A DNA stretch of 64,000 nucleotides from Eledone cirrhosa (GCA_964016885.1 OZ024755.1:4960001-5024000); one strand, 5' to 3'; shown: positions 46,537-61,831, counted from the stretch's first letter. The notes: a model not told the origin generated them from the sequence alone. Numbers and translations are program-made.

Positions 46537-47658
46537 AACCTTTTTTTCTACAAATACTTGATAACACCACGATGCAAAATTTTGCCCGTTTTCAAGAGAA
46601 GTCACAACTAGTTAGATTTAAAGTCTACTTTAAACAGATGTCAGTTTATTTGGAAAGAAACAATACAGTTATTAATAAAAAGAGTTGAGATTGATGCATG
46701 TAAGAGTTCACAGCTCAAGAATCAGTTTTTCATAGTCAGGGAACCTTCGTACTTCCGTTGGATCAAGCAGACGGGGGCTGGCTTCTTAAAGAAGGCCAAG
46801 CAACGATAATTACTAACATGACAATGATTTTAACGAGAATATACTACTTACTAGATATTCACACACAAGTGACATTAGAATTATGTAGAAGAGCAGCCCA
46901 TATATTTTAGAAATAGCAGCCAAATATTTATCGTTCGCCACGTTTTAAAACAATGAAGGACACATTCGAAGATGTAGTTTTAGATACACATATTGGTCAA
47001 TCTCATTGATTCTATATACATAAGTCGGTTTTCAGAGGACCTATTTAGGTTATGGGAACTGTTCTTTTGTTCAGATACCATTGACTTGACATGGGTCAAC
47101 AACAATAGGCGAAGCGGTCCTATTTACTGCGAATCTACAAATATTATTGGAATTTTACATATTGATGATAAAACATTCTAAGCTTTTTTAAAATTAATAA
47201 TTAAAAGTTTTTTACATTCTTAAATTCAAATTTTAAACTAATTTTTCAAATAGAATTTGTCGTTTGTCTTCACTTCTTTGAAAACAAACCTCAGTGTTGC
47301 TACCACGGTTGTTATGTCTACCTCCTACTACTCCTCTCACTCTTTATGTCTTGTCTTAGCGAAGACGACAAGTAAACAAATATGAAAATGTTATAAATAA
47401 ATCGTTTTATGTCATTACAACTGGCTTTATTTAATTTAACTTTGTCTTGTTTATAAACCCATGTATAACGTTTTTTATAATGTATAACTTTCTTTATAAA
47501 CCCATGTATAACGTTTTATTAGCTTATTTCATCGTAAACATCGATTGTTTTTCTACCTTACTCGCTTACTCTTTCACTCTCTCACTCTTGTTGTTCCCCC
47601 TCTCTCTCTATAATATTTACCCCCCTTTTCTCTCTATATGTATTGCTTTTACTCTCTG

Positions 47659-47693
<35 letters not shown>

Positions 47694-50600
47694 GATATAT
47701 AGGCATATATCAACGTATATAAACACACACATATACACAAATATACAGACACATAAAACGTTAGAAATGGTGGCAAAATTCGCCGCAAATCACCACCTCT
47801 TGATTAGAAAATGCTAAACATAGCAACTAAACCTCCTTACGACCGTAGAACTCGCTAGAAATAGCAGCTGAAGTATTCCTCAAATTACACATCCGATGCC
47901 ATGTAAAATGCTAGAAACGCCAGTCAAATAACGTCTTCTAGCGACATTTCAAATAACAATGAAATTTCCTTCAAGTTATAACGGTAATGTGTTAGAAAAT
48001 GCTAGAAAAAGCAGCCAAATCTACGCGTAAACATATAAACTGGTTGTGAAAATTCCCCATAAATATATATTTTAATAGCAACCAGGTAATCGTAATTTAC
48101 ATATTTTAATACGTATCTCTACAAAATTTCAATTAAAAACATGCAATATTAAGAAAGTTATTAAAAAAGAGAAAATAAGTGTGTTTATAGGGGGGGGGGG
48201 CAAAAATAATAATAAAAAGTTACAGTCAATGGGAAATAACTCATAAAAAGATATTTGTACGAGTTACTTGCCCTTGAATACGCTTTCACCAACCGCCCAA
48301 CACGCCAGCTGGTTGTAATGGCGGCTGGCTGGCCTGTTGGGCGGTTGGCACATGGAACGTTCAACTACGCAGCCAGTACTAAAGTTCAACATGATAGCCA
48401 GTACATATACCGACCACCCTACTGGCCAGCCAGCCGTAAAGGTGGTTGGTTGGCCGGTTGGGTGGTTGGCATATGTACTGGCTATCATGTTGAACTTTAG
48501 CACTGACTGCGTAGTTGAACTTTCCCTATACCAACCGCCCAACCGGCCAGCCAACCGCCATTATGGTTGGTAGGCCGGTTGGGTGGTTGGCATATGTACT
48601 GGCTACCATGTTGAACTTTAGCACTGACTGCGTAATTGAACGTTCCATATGCCAACCGCCCAACCGGCCAGCAAACCACCATTACGGCTGGCTGGCCGGT
48701 TGGGTGGTTGGCATATGTACTGGCTATCATGTTGAACTTTAGCACTGACTGCGTAGTTGAACGTTCCATGTGCCAACCGCCCAACCGGCCAGCCAATCGC
48801 CATTACGGCTGGTAGGCCGGTTGGGTGGTTGGTATATGTACTGGCTACCATGTTGAACTTTAGCACTGACTGCGTAGTTGAACGTTCCATGTGCCAACCG
48901 CCCAACAGGCCAGCCAGCCGCCATTACAACCGGCTGGCCAGTGAGGCTGTTGGTGAAAGCGTTGTCAAGGGCAAGTAACTCGATCAAATATCTTTTTATG
49001 AATTATTTCCCATTGACTGTAATATTTTTTATTATTTAATGCCCCCACCCCCTCCCCCCTTATTTTGTTTTCTTTAATAACTTTCTTAATATTGCATATT
49101 TTTAATTGAAATTTTGTAGAGATACGTATTAAAATATGTAGATTACGATTATCTTTTTGATACTAAAATATAAATTCATGGGGAATTTTCACAACCAGTT
49201 TATATGTTTACGCGTAGATTTGGCTGCTTTTTCTAGCATTTTCTAACACATTACCGTTATAACTTGAAGGAAATTTCGTTGTTATTTGAAATGTCGCTAG
49301 AAGACGTTATTTGACTGGTGTTGGAAGCATTTTACTTGGCATTGGATGTGTAATTTGAGGAATACTTTAGCTGCTATTTCTAGCAAGTTCTACGGTTGTA
49401 GGGAGGTTTAGCCTTTTCTAATCAAGAGGTGATGATTTGCGGGGAATTTTGCCACCATTTCTAACGTTTTATGTGTCTGTATATTTGTGTATATGTGTGT
49501 GTTTATATACGTTGATATGTACCTATGTATCAACGTGTGTGTGTGTGTGTGTGTGACAGAGAGTAAAAGCAATACATATAGAGAGAAAAGGGGGGTAAAT
49601 ATTATAGAGAGAGAGGGGGAACAACAAGAGTGAGAGAGTGAAAGAGTAAGCGAGTAAGGTAGAAAAACAATCGATGTTTACGATGAAATAAGCTAATAAA
49701 ACGTTATACATGGGTTTATAAAGAAAGTTATACATTATAAAAAACGTTATACATGGGTTTATAAACAAGACAAAGTTAAATAAAATAAAGCCAGTTGTAA
49801 TGACATAAAACGATTTATTTATAACATTTTCATATTTGTTTACTTGTCGTCTTCGCTAAGACAAGACATAAAGAGTGAGAGGAGTAGTAGGAGGTAGACA
49901 TAACAACCGTGGTAGCAACACTGAGGTTTGTTTTCAAAGAAGTGAAGACAAACAACAAATTCTATTTGAAAAATTAGTTTAAAATTTGAATTTAAGAATG
50001 TTAAATACTTTTAATTATTAATTTTAAAAAAGCTTAGAATGTTTTATCATCAATATGTAAAATTCCAATAATATTTGTAAATTCGCAGTAAATAGGACCG
50101 CTTCGCCTATTGTTGTTTACCCATGTAAAGTCAATGGTATCTGAACAAAAGAACAGTTCCCATAACCTAAATAGGTCCTCTGAAAACCGACTTATGTATA
50201 TAGAATCAATGAGATTGACCAATATGTGTGTGTTTATATACGTTGATATATACCTATATATCAACGTGTGTGTGTTTGCGTGTGTGACATTGAGTAAAAG
50301 CAATACATATAGGGAGAAAAGGGGGGTAAATATTATAGAGAGAGAGGGGGAACAACAAGAGTGAGAGAGTGAAAGAGTAAGCGAGTAAGGTAGAAAAACA
50401 ATCGATGTTTACCATGAAATAAGCTAATAAAACGTTATACATGGGTTTATAAAGAAAGTTATACATTATAAAAAACGTTATACATGGGTTTATAAACAAG
50501 ACAAAGTTAAATTAAATAAAGCCAGTTGTAATGACATAAAACGATTTATTTATAACATTTTCATATTTGTTTACTTGTCGTCTTCGCTAAGACAAGACAT

Positions 50601-51408
50601 AAAGAGTGAGAGGAGTAGTAGGAGGTAGACATAACAACCGTGGTAGCAACACTGAGGTTTGATTTCAAAGAAGTGAAGACAAACAACAAATTCTATTTGA
50701 AAAATTAGTTTAAAATTTGAATTTAAGAATGTTAAATACTTTTAATTATTAATTTTAAAAAAGCTTAGAATGTTTTATCATCAATATGTAAAATTCCAAT
50801 AATATTTGTAGATTCGCAGTAAATAGGACCGCTTCGCCTATTGTTGTTGACCCATGTCAAAACAATTTTATCTGAACAAAAGAACAGTTCCCATAACCTA
50901 AATAGGTCCTCTGAAAACCGACTTATGTATATAGTATCAATGAGATTGACCAATATGTGTATCTAAAACTGCATCTTCGAATGTGTCCTTCATTGTTTTA
51001 AAACGTGGCGAACGATAAATATTTGGCTATTATTTCTAGCATATATGGGCTGCTCTTCTATATAATTCTAATGTCACTTGTGTGTGAATATCTAGTAAGT
51101 AGTATATTCTCGTTAAAATCATTGTCATGTTAGTAATTATCGTTGCTTGGCCTTCTTTAAGAAGCCAGCCCCCGTCTGCTTGATCCAACGGAAGTACGAA
51201 GGTTCCCTGACTATGAAAAACTGATTCTTGAGCTGTGAACTCTTACATGCATCAATCTCAACTCTTTTTATTAATAACTGTATTGTTTCTTTCCAAATAA
51301 ACTGACATCTGTTTAAAGTAGACTTCAAATCTAACTAGTTGTGACTTCTCTTGAAAACGGGCAAAATTTTGCATCGTGGTGTTATCAAGTATTTGTAGAA
51401 AAAAGGTT
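46537..51408. repeat. palindrome (foldback structure), copy 2
   Basis: Same termini and internal layout as copy 1. Confidence 0.95.
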
Positions 51409-52160
51409 GCCAAGTCAATGGTATCTGGACAAAAGAACAGTTCCCATAACCTAAATAGGTCCTCTGAAAACCGACTTTTGGGTACTATAACGCTATTAGC
51501 TGTCAGTCGAAGCAGGCGAAGGTGATGTCATTCGTCAAACATCGTTTATTTCCGTATTACTACCACGCGTAAGTGGAGTTACTTAAATTACATTTTTTTA
51601 TTTTTTTATTTTTTTATTAAAGCATATAGATGTAAGTGGAGTTACTTAAATGAAAATATAGGTGGCCCTTAAAAGGGCCAAATTAGAAAACAAGTCATGG
51701 TTATCAAATAAATTGGATTTAATCATTTATATTTTCATAGTCATGGTTATCAATGTAGAAAACAAGTCATTTTCACCAACAGTGGATAAACCCTTATTCT
51801 AGATACTATAACCCCGGAGCATCCTCCTCCCTTGCTAATTTGATCACCTAGATATCAGAAGCTATCAACCACCTCTATAGATCCTACCAAACACTTCTAT
51901 CAATTTTCCCTGAACATTTACTACATAGTTTAGTTTGTCTGCTATCCCACTGTACCCCTTGTATACCAAAGATCTGCATTGTGTACATTCTATAGAATTT
52001 ATGCCAACTATATATATATAAATATATTCCTTCCATATACTGTAACAATTGTGTTTTTTTCATGTTAGCCCTTTATGAGTTTTTTAACTAAAGTACTTGT
52101 AATTTTTATTGGAAATCCGGTGACAAAATGGTTAAAACAAATTTCTCTTAATTGTTGCAG

Positions 52161-53955
52161 CTCTTGTAAATTATCTGAAAGTGACACATCTGAATGTTCA
52201 ATTAAAGACACCTCTTAATAACAATGTTCGGGTAGCCAAAGTAGATTTACCACCTGGCAACAATGTCGTCAATCCAGAGAGTCCATTCTCCATATCTGTA
52301 CCTGTTCAAGTGGCAGGTAACTGCAGTCCAATCAATTTTATTTTACTTTACCTTTCTTTTTATCTTCACCTCATTTGATACGAACCCAACTTAAACCAGC
52401 TTTGGTTCTATGAAATAAAACTACCCCAGGAACACAATGTGCACAACCTGGTCAGGAATTGAATCCCTGACCCGTTGATTGTGAGTCAAACACCCTAACT
52501 AGTAGCTATGTACCCTTCACATCATAATGAAGGGGTTTAAAACAACAGTTTATTGGATTTATGGCAATATACTGTATTAGTCTAATAAAAAAAATGTTTA
52601 TTTTATGGTTTCATTCTAAATATTTAAATTTAAGTCTTCACAGTTTCTTTCTAATGAAAATAAGAGTCACTTTTTAAAAAATATCTCATGCAATTTTCCA
52701 AAACTTAAAAGATTAAATGTTGAGTATTTTACATAATCTTCAAAACCGTAAAAAAAAATTTGTATTTTTATATTATAAATGTAACTTTTCCTTTCTTATA
52801 TAGCCAAGTCCTGAATCTAAAGTTACTGAAAATGTCAGTGTTCAAATTAACCCCCAACCTACAGATATAATTTCCTCTGAAGATGGCCCTGATACAGTGA
52901 CTTCTCTTGGTATGTCTTGAAGATCATCTCAAGCAGAGACAGGTGAATTACTTGAATGACTAAAATGTTAGTAATATAACAAACTAATTAAATATATTGA
53001 TTAATTGATTTACTTTGATCAGATAAAAATGTTCTGTGGCACTAAACTCAGTTTTGTGCCATTCTTCATCAATATTCTACTAGTTACCAAGCTTTATCAC
53101 ACATTAGACTGTGTTAGCTATCTTCATACTAATTAACTAAAAACTATAATTACACTATTGAGAAGTTCTCTCACCTGGCATGTAGGGTCCCGTAACTCCT
53201 GAGGGAGTTGTAAGGGGCGCCATATTGACATACAGATTTCTAGGGCATTTCTTAAACCTGGCGGAGCTCACCTCCTCCCCAGGTCTCAATACAGCAGATT
53301 TCTTCCAGAGAAGGATAGATAGCAAGTTAGAGGAAGATATAGAGGAAGAATCGACCCCAGTACTTGACTGGTACTTTTTTTTATCAACCTTGTATGGGTG
53401 AAAGACAAAATTGAACTCGGTGGGATTTGAACTGAGAAAGTAGAAATGAATACCACAAAGCATTCTATTTGATGTGTTAACGACTCTGCCAATTCCCTTC
53501 TGTGTCATTTTAAACCATGCTAATTATGTTAATATTATTTCTAGTATTGAGGTAGATGGAAGTTATCTTGTGTTTCTAACAGTGTTGTTACTGTTGGATG
53601 TTCTGCCTATCACTAATCTATAATCTGTACAAAAGAGTGAAGTGAATGTCTTTGTTTCCAGAACAACAGTTTTCTATTTCCTATTTATTTTATTTCAGAA
53701 AGTCCAATCTCCTTTTATTGTGATACATTTCTTCAGATATTAAAAGAGGTGAAATGGATAAAGACAACAGAATATGAACTCAACACAGATCCAGTTGCTT
53801 TAGAAGTGGTTGCAGTAGATACTAATGGTCTTTTAACATTGTTAGTTAATAAGTTTATTTTAAAATTTGATTGTTTAGTGAGAGAGGGAAGTATAACAGC
53901 TTTCACCCCTTTTCAGGGACTGTGGGAGGAAGGTATCCTCAAACTGGAAACCTGA
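52161..53955 (+). pseudogene. duplicated DMTF1 3' exon fragments, copy 3 (52161-52316, 52804-52909, ~53699-53955)
   Basis: As copy 2, offset +10237. Confidence 0.85.
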
Positions 53956-55850
53956 TCCTAGTACTTACAATAAAGTAGACTTAACTAAAGACAATTCAAA
54001 AACCAGGCGACAGATTAAGTCTACCACCCACATAGACTACGGTAAGATTAAACTCAGAATGCAAAGAGCTGAAACAAATATTTCAAGGCATCTCGTCCTA
54101 CACTTTAACAATTCAGCCAATACGCTACTCAGAATTGTTACCTTATTAGAAAGAAGATAGTGTGTCTGTGTGAGGGAGAAAAACAGAAGAGTAATGATCT
54201 GTCTATGAAAAGAGAGGATTTTTTTCAAAAATCTCGGACGATTTAACGTATGTGCCTTAGAGCAAGGTCATTGTCGTCTGTTAAACAACGAAGACTGAAC
54301 TAATGCATTATTTTCATAATTTTTAACATTAATTACAGCTCTATTATATATAAAGTGGCTTTAATAAAGCAAAACAATGTTAAACTGGTGCAATCCAAAA
54401 CTGAAGAAAGCCTGGGAAATAAAAGAGGAATTACTGTCTCTACTCAAATATAAGCCGACCCCACTATTTTATGTCCGACAAATGGGCAAAAATTCAAACT
54501 TTATTTACAGAGAATTTGTAGTTGGTGAAAATTGTTAAAATATTGGCCCCGAATATAGGTGAAACCCCCCCCCCCCCCCTCACCATCTACCACTGACTTT
54601 TTGGTCACATATTCCTCAGCTTATATTTGAGTATATATATGGTATTATTACGAAATATATTATTTATCCTCAAGTTATAAATTAGGAAAATATTCCATTT
54701 TGGTAGTTTCAGTCGTTTGTTGAATTTATTCAATTTATTTTGTTGTTGTATATATGTAATTATTTACTGTATATATTATTTGTGTATATAAATGTATATA
54801 TATATATAACTTATGAATAAAACATTTAAAATGTCATGTTGATCTTTAATACTTGGTTGTTGATCTTTAATAATTTGTCCTGCTTTCTTTAACACCAAAA
54901 CATTGAAACAGAAATAGTCCCCATAAAATTAAAGTCTTTGGACAAACATTGCAGTTAGGTCCATTATCGTAGGACTCGTAGCAACCAAAATGCTCTGCCA
55001 ACTCATGTACAACCTTGCGATGTTCTCAATTCATTGGTGAAAAGTAATGACTCCGATAGTTCTGTTTCATCTGAAGAAGACAGAAAAGGAAACCTTTGGA
55101 AGGTGTATTGAACAAAATGGGATATTTCTACATTGTAACTAGTGCCAAGTTGAATCAGCCTTTGTCTTTTGCTTGGACATCATATTGTTATACTTGGGGA
55201 TGCCAGAAATAATAATAAAACACACTCACAGTTTGGTTTTCACTTCACTTAGAACAACATGACCCTCATCAAGTATAACAATATTTGTTTCAACATGATT
55301 TTATATCAAAAACCTTGCAAAACAAATATATATATATATGTACACACCGTTACTTCACTGTGTTATAAGCTACATACAACTGACATAGAGTGCTTACACC
55401 ATAGTTTATGGATTAAGATGGTACAAATAGACACATAAATAAAGAAAGCAATATATATACATATTTGCCCATAACGCAGAAAATTCATATATATACCGAA
55501 ACCTTTTAAGGAACTGGAAAAGGAGTTTGCTATGCTTGTGGATTTTTTGAAAGGGGAAAAAAAACAATACAATACATATGGTGATCGTCATGTGAAGGAG
55601 GAAAGATGGTAGTGTGATGGACTCCACGGACACTGATAAGGGTAGCTTGGATCAGGGTAGAAAGTTATCCCTGGTGAGTGAAAAGCCTAACCATTGTTTC
55701 AGCTACAGAGGCGGAGGAATTAAGATATGGTGGGTTTGAAGAAAACAGAGTTGGATGTTGTCGATGTAATGACTATATAGCTCAGAGGTGAATAAACTAG
55801 CAAAGATTTCAACATAGTTAACAAGTGAGTCGGGGGTGTTTCAGTGGAGG

Positions 55851-56571
55851 GCAGGGACTATAGAAGTAGAGGTAGACTAGGCAGAGAGGGAACAGCACGT
55901 TCATGGGCTGGGGAGTGCCAGTGCGGAGCAGGGACTATAGAAGTAGAGGTAGACTAGGCAGAGAGGGAACAGCACATTCATGGGCTGGGGAGTGCCAGTG
56001 CGGAGCAGGGACTATAGAAGTAGAGGTAGACTAGGCAGAGAGGGAACAGCACGTTCATGGGCTGGGGAGTGCCAGTGCGGAGCAGGGACTATAGAAGTAG
56101 AGGTAGACTAGGCAGAGAGGGAACAGCACATTCATGGGCTGGGGAGTGTCAGTGCGGAGCAGGGACTATAGAAGTAGAGGTAGACTAGGCAGAGAGGGAA
56201 CAGCACATTCATGGGCTGGGGAGTGCCAGTGCGGAGCAGGGACTATAGAAGTAGAGGTAGACTAGGCAGAGAGGGAACAGCACATTCATGGGCTGGGGAG
56301 TGCCAGTGCGGAGCAGGGACTATAGAAGTAGAGGTAGACTAGGCAGAGAGGGAACAGCATATTCATGGGCTGGGGAGTGCCAGTGCGGAGTAGGGACTAT
56401 AGAAGTAGAGGTAGACTAGGCAGAGAGGGAACAGCACATTCATGGGCTGGGGAGTGCCAGTGCGGAGTAGGGACTATAGAAGTAGAGGTAGACTAGGCAG
56501 AGAGGGAACAGCACATTCATGGGCTGGGGAGTGCGGAGTAGGGACTATAGAAGTAGAGGTAGACTAGGCAG
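55851..56571. repeat. 77-bp minisatellite, 9 units plus a partial
   Basis: Offset to unit 2 shrinks by 77 bp across the array. Confidence 0.93.
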
Positions 56572-56695
56572 GAGAAAGCATAATTGTAGATAAGAAGCTG
56601 TTGAATGTCAGCTGCCCATTTTTGCACTGTTGATAAAGCTGCAGTGCCATCCCCTAATGTAGCCACCTTGTCAGCATGAATGTCCTAGGTGCCTA

Positions 56696-57817
56696 AACCT
56701 TTTTTTCTACAAATACTTGATAACACCACGATGCAAAATTTTGCCCGTTTTCAAGAGAAGTCACAACTAGTTAGATTTAAAGTCTACTTTAAACAGATGT
56801 CAGTTTATTTGGAAAGAAACAATACAGTTATTAATAAAAAGAGTTGAGATTGATGCATGTAAGAGTTCACAGCTCAAGAATCAGTTTTTCATAGTCAGGG
56901 AACCTTCGTACTTCCGTTGGATCAAGCAGACGGGGGCTGGCTTCTTAAAGAAGGCCAAGCAACGATAATTACTAACATGACAATGATTTTAACGAGAATA
57001 TACTACTTACTAGATATTCACACACAAGTGACATTAGAATTATGTAGAAGAGCAGCCCATATATTTTAGAAATAGCAGCCAAATATTTATCGTTCGCCAC
57101 GTTTTAAAACAATGAAGGACACATTCGAAGATGTAGTTTTAGATACACATATTGGTCAATCTCATTGATTCTATATACATAAGTCGGTTTTCAGAGGACC
57201 TATTTAGGTTATGGGAACTGTTCTTTTGTTCAGATACCATTGACTTGACATGGGTCAACAACAATAGGCGAAGCGGTCCTATTTACTGCGAATCTACAAA
57301 TATTATTGGAATTTTACATATTGATGATAAAACATTCTAAGCTTTTTTAAAATTAATAATTAAAAGTTTTTTACATTCTTAAATTCAAATTTTAAACTAA
57401 TTTTTCAAATAGAATTTGTCGTTTGTCTTCACTTCTTTGAAAACAAACCTCAGTGTTGCTACCACGGTTGTTATGTCTACCTCCTACTACTCCTCTCACT
57501 CTTTATGTCTTGTCTTAGCGAAGACGACAAGTAAACAAATATGAAAATGTTATAAATAAATCGTTTTATGTCATTACAACTGGCTTTATTTAATTTAACT
57601 TTGTCTTGTTTATAAACCCATGTATAACGTTTTTTATAATGTATAACTTTCTTTATAAACCCATGTATAACGTTTTATTAGCTTATTTCATCGTAAACAT
57701 CGATTGTTTTTCTACCTTACTCGCTTACTCTTTCACTCTCTCACTCTTGTTGTTCCCCCTCTCTCTCTATAATATTTACCCCCCTTTTCTCTCTATATGT
57801 ATTGCTTTTACTCTCTG

Positions 57818-57868
<51 letters not shown>

Positions 57869-60853
57869 GATATATAGGCATATATCAACGTATATAAACA
57901 CACACATATACACAAATATACAGACACATAAAACGTTAGAAATGGTGGCAAAATTCGCCGCAAATCACCACCTCTTGATTAGAAAATGCTAAACATAGCA
58001 ACTAAACCTCCTTACGACCGTAGAACTCGCTAGAAATAGCAGCTGAAGTATTCCTCAAATTACACATCCGATGCCATGTAAAATGCTAGAAACACCAGTC
58101 AAATAACGTCTTCTAGCGACATTTCAAATAACAATGAAATTTCCTTCAAGTTATAACGGTAATGTGTTAGAAAATGCTAGAAAAAGCAGCCAAATCTACG
58201 CGTAAACATATAAACTGGTTGTGAAAATTCCCCATAAATATATATTTTAATAGCAACCAGGTAATCGTAATTTACATATTTTAATACGTATCTCTACAAA
58301 ATTTCAATTAAAAACATGCAATATTAAGAAAGTTATTAAAAAAGAGAAAATAAGTGTGTTTATAGGGGGGGGGGGGCAAAAATAATAATAAAAAGTTACA
58401 GTCAATGGGAAATAACTCATAAAAAGATATTTGTACGAGTTACTTGCCCTTGAATACGCTTTCACCAACCGCCCAACACGCCAGCTGGTTGTAATGGCGG
58501 CTGGCCGGCCTGTTGGGCGGTTGGCACATGGAACGTTCAACTACGCAGCCAGTACTAAAGTTCAACATGATAGCCAGTACATATACCGACCACCCTACTG
58601 GCCAGCCAGCCGTAAAGGTGGTTGGTTGGCCGGTTGGGTGGTTGGCATATGTACTGGCTATCATGTTGAACTTTAGCACTGACTGCGTAGTTGAACTTTC
58701 CCTATACCAACCGCCCAACCGGCCAGCCAACCGCCATTATGGTTGGTAGGCCGGTTGGGTGGTTGGCATATGTACTGGCTACCATGTTGAACTTTAGCAC
58801 TGACTGCGTAATTGAACGTTCCATATGCCAACCGCCCAACCGGCCAGCAAACCACCATTACGGCTGGCTGGCCGGTTGGGTGGTTGGCATATGTACTGGC
58901 TATCATGTTGAACTTTAGCACTGACTGCGTAGTTGAACGTTCCATGTGCCAACCGCCCAACCGGCCAGCCAATCGCCATTACGGCTGGTAGGCCGGTTGG
59001 GTGGTTGGTATATGTACTGGCTACCATGTTGAACTTTAGCACTGACTGCGTAGTTGAACGTTCCATGTGCCAACCGCCCAACAGGCCAGCCAGCCGCCAT
59101 TACAACCGGCTGGCCAGTGAGGCTGTTGGTGAAAGCGTTGTCAAGGGCAAGTAACTCGATCAAATATCTTTTTATGAATTATTTCCCATTGACTGTAATA
59201 TTTTTTATTATTTAATGCCCCCACCCCCTCCCCCCTTATTTTGTTTTCTTTAATAACTTTCTTAATATTGCATATTTTTAATTGAAATTTTGTAGAGATA
59301 CGTATTAAAATATGTAGATTACGATTATCTTTTTGATACTAAAATATAAATTCATGGGGAATTTTCACAACCAGTTTATATGTTTACGCGTAGATTTGGC
59401 TGCTTTTTCTAGCATTTTCTAACACATTACCGTTATAACTTGAAGGAAATTTCGTTGTTATTTGAAATGTCGCTAGAAGACGTTATTTGACTGGTGTTTG
59501 AAGCATTTTACTTGGCATTGGATGTGTAATTTGAGGAATACTTTAGCTGCTATTTCTAGCAAGTTCTACGGTTGTAGGGAGGTTTAGCCTTTTCTAATCA
59601 AGAGGTGATGATTTGCGGGGAATTTTGCCACCATTTCTAACGTTTTATGTGTCTGTATATTTGTGTATATGTGTGTGTTTATATACGTTGATATGTACCT
59701 ATGTATCAACGTGTGTGTGTGTGTGTGTGTGACAGAGAGTAAAAGCAATACATATAGAGAGAAAAGGGGGGTAAATATTATAGAGAGAGAGGGGGAACAA
59801 CAAGAGTGAGAGAGTGAAAGAGTAAGCGAGTAAGGTAGAAAAACAATCGATGTTTACGATGAAATAAGCTAATAAAACGTTATACATGGGTTTATAAAGA
59901 AAGTTATACATTATAAAAAACGTTATACATGGGTTTATAAACAAGACAAAGTTAAATAAAATAAAGCCAGTTGTAATGACATAAAACGATTTATTTATAA
60001 CATTTTCATATTTGTTTACTTGTCGTCTTCGCTAAGACAAGACATAAAGAGTGAGAGGAGTAGTAGGAGGTAGACATAACAACCGTGGTAGCAACACTGA
60101 GGTTTGTTTTCAAAGAAGTGAAGACAAACAACAAATTCTATTTGAAAAATTAGTTTAAAATTTGAATTTAAGAATGTTAAATACTTTTAATTATTAATTT
60201 TAAAAAAGCTTAGAATGTTTTATCATCAATATGTAAAATTCCAATAATATTTGTAAATTCGCAGTAAATAGGACCGCTTCGCCTATTGTTGTTTACCCAT
60301 GTAAAGTCAATGGTATCTGAACAAAAGAACAGTTCCCATAACCTAAATAGGTCCTCTGAAAACCGACTTATGTATATAGTATCAATGAGATTGACCAATA
60401 TGTGTATCTAAAACTACATCTTCGAATGTGTCCTTCATTGTTTTAAAACGTGGCGAACGATAAATATTTGGCTGCTATTTCTAGCATATATGGGCTGCTC
60501 TTCTATATAATTCTAATGTCACTTGTGTGTGAATATCTAGTAAGTAGTATATTCTCGTTAAAATCATTGTCATGTTAGTAATTATCGTTGCTTGGCCTTC
60601 TTTAAGAAGCCAGCCCCCGTCTGCTTGATCCAACGGAAGTACGAAGGTTCCCTGACTATGAAAAACTGATTCTTGAGCTATGAACTCTTACATGCATCAA
60701 TCTCAACTCTTTTTATTAATAACTGTATTGTTTCTTTCCAAATAAACTGACATCTGTTTAAAGTAGACTTCAAATCTAACTAGTTGTGACTTCTCTTGAA
60801 AACGGGCAAAATTTTGCATCGTGGTGTTATCAAGTATTTGTAGAAAAAAGGTT
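56696..60853. repeat. palindrome (foldback structure), copy 3 (4.16 kb, no 731-bp duplication)
   Basis: Same termini; single copy of the right-arm segment. Confidence 0.95.
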
Positions 60854-61548
60854 GCCAAGTCAATGGTATCTGGACAAAAGAACAGTTCCCATAACCTAAA
60901 TAGGTCCTCTGAAAACCGACTTTGGGGTACTATAACGCTATTAGCTGTCAGTCGAAGCAGGCGAAGGTGATGTCATTCGTCAAACATCGTTTATTTCCGT
61001 ATTACTACCACGCGTAAGTGGAGTTACTTAAATTACATTTTTTTATTTTTTTATTAAAGCATATAGATGTAAGTGGAGTTACTTAAATGAAAATATAGGT
61101 GGCCCTTAAAAGGGCCAAATTAGAAAACAAATTTAAGTTAATTAGAAAACAAGTCATGGTTATCAAATAAATTGGATTTAATCATTTATATTTTCATAGT
61201 CATGGTTATCAATGCAGAAAACAAGTCATTTTCACCAACAGTGGATAAACCCTTATTCTAGATACTATAACCCCGGAACATCCTCCTCCCTTGCTAATTT
61301 GATCACCTAGATATCGGAAGCCATCAACCACCTCTATAGATCCTACCAAACACTTCTATCAATTTTCCCTGAACATTTACTACATAGTTTAGTTTGTCTG
61401 CTATCCCACTGTACCCCTTGTATACCAAAGATCTGCATTGTGTACATTCTATAGAGTTTATGCCAACTATATATATATAAACTAATATATCCCTTCCATA
61501 TACTGTAACAATTGTGTTGTTATTTCTGTTTACCTTTTATATATATAT

Positions 61549-61599
61549 GGCTTCCTGATGATTTCTCCCGAATGAAACAGTTCTAATCCTGTAGAAGCC
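61549..61599 (+). ncRNA. type I hammerhead ribozyme motif (Penelope-associated type)
   Basis: Stem I GGCTTC/GAAGCC; core CTGATGA (61555-61561); short stem II TTC-tccc-GAA; GAAA (61574-61577); stem III CAG/CTG; cleavage triplet GUA, with the cut predicted after 61593. Confidence 0.75.
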
Positions 61600-61831
61600 T
61601 TTTCTATATTAAATATTTATACTCTGCTTTGTATTGAGTTCCTTACTTACTGTGGTTACCCCCGATTAAATCCGGGATAAACTTATCTCTCTCTCTATAT
61701 ATATGTATATATAAATCAGAGATCCCTCGCTCTGTGTGAGCAGTTTTACCTCCCATTTTAAAATTAGAAGAAAAAAACAAATTCAAAAATAAAATTTGTA
61801 AAATGAACATTTATTTATTTTCATTGGTGAA

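Larger units (their letters stand above)
41815..52051. repeat. segmental tandem repeat unit 2 (10,237 bp)
   Basis: Near-identical to unit 1 apart from a ~1.1-kb deletion, VNTR length and small indels. Confidence 0.95.
52052..61514. repeat. segmental tandem repeat unit 3 (~9,460 bp)
   Basis: Shares the 1.1-kb deletion with unit 2, lacks the 731-bp internal duplication, and runs into unique sequence at ~61518. Confidence 0.95.

Noticed and set aside
41815-52051. Middle unit as a pure assembly artefact
   Set aside because: It has its own VNTR count (10), its own microsatellite lengths and private SNPs, so an artefact is not favoured, though it cannot be excluded without reads.
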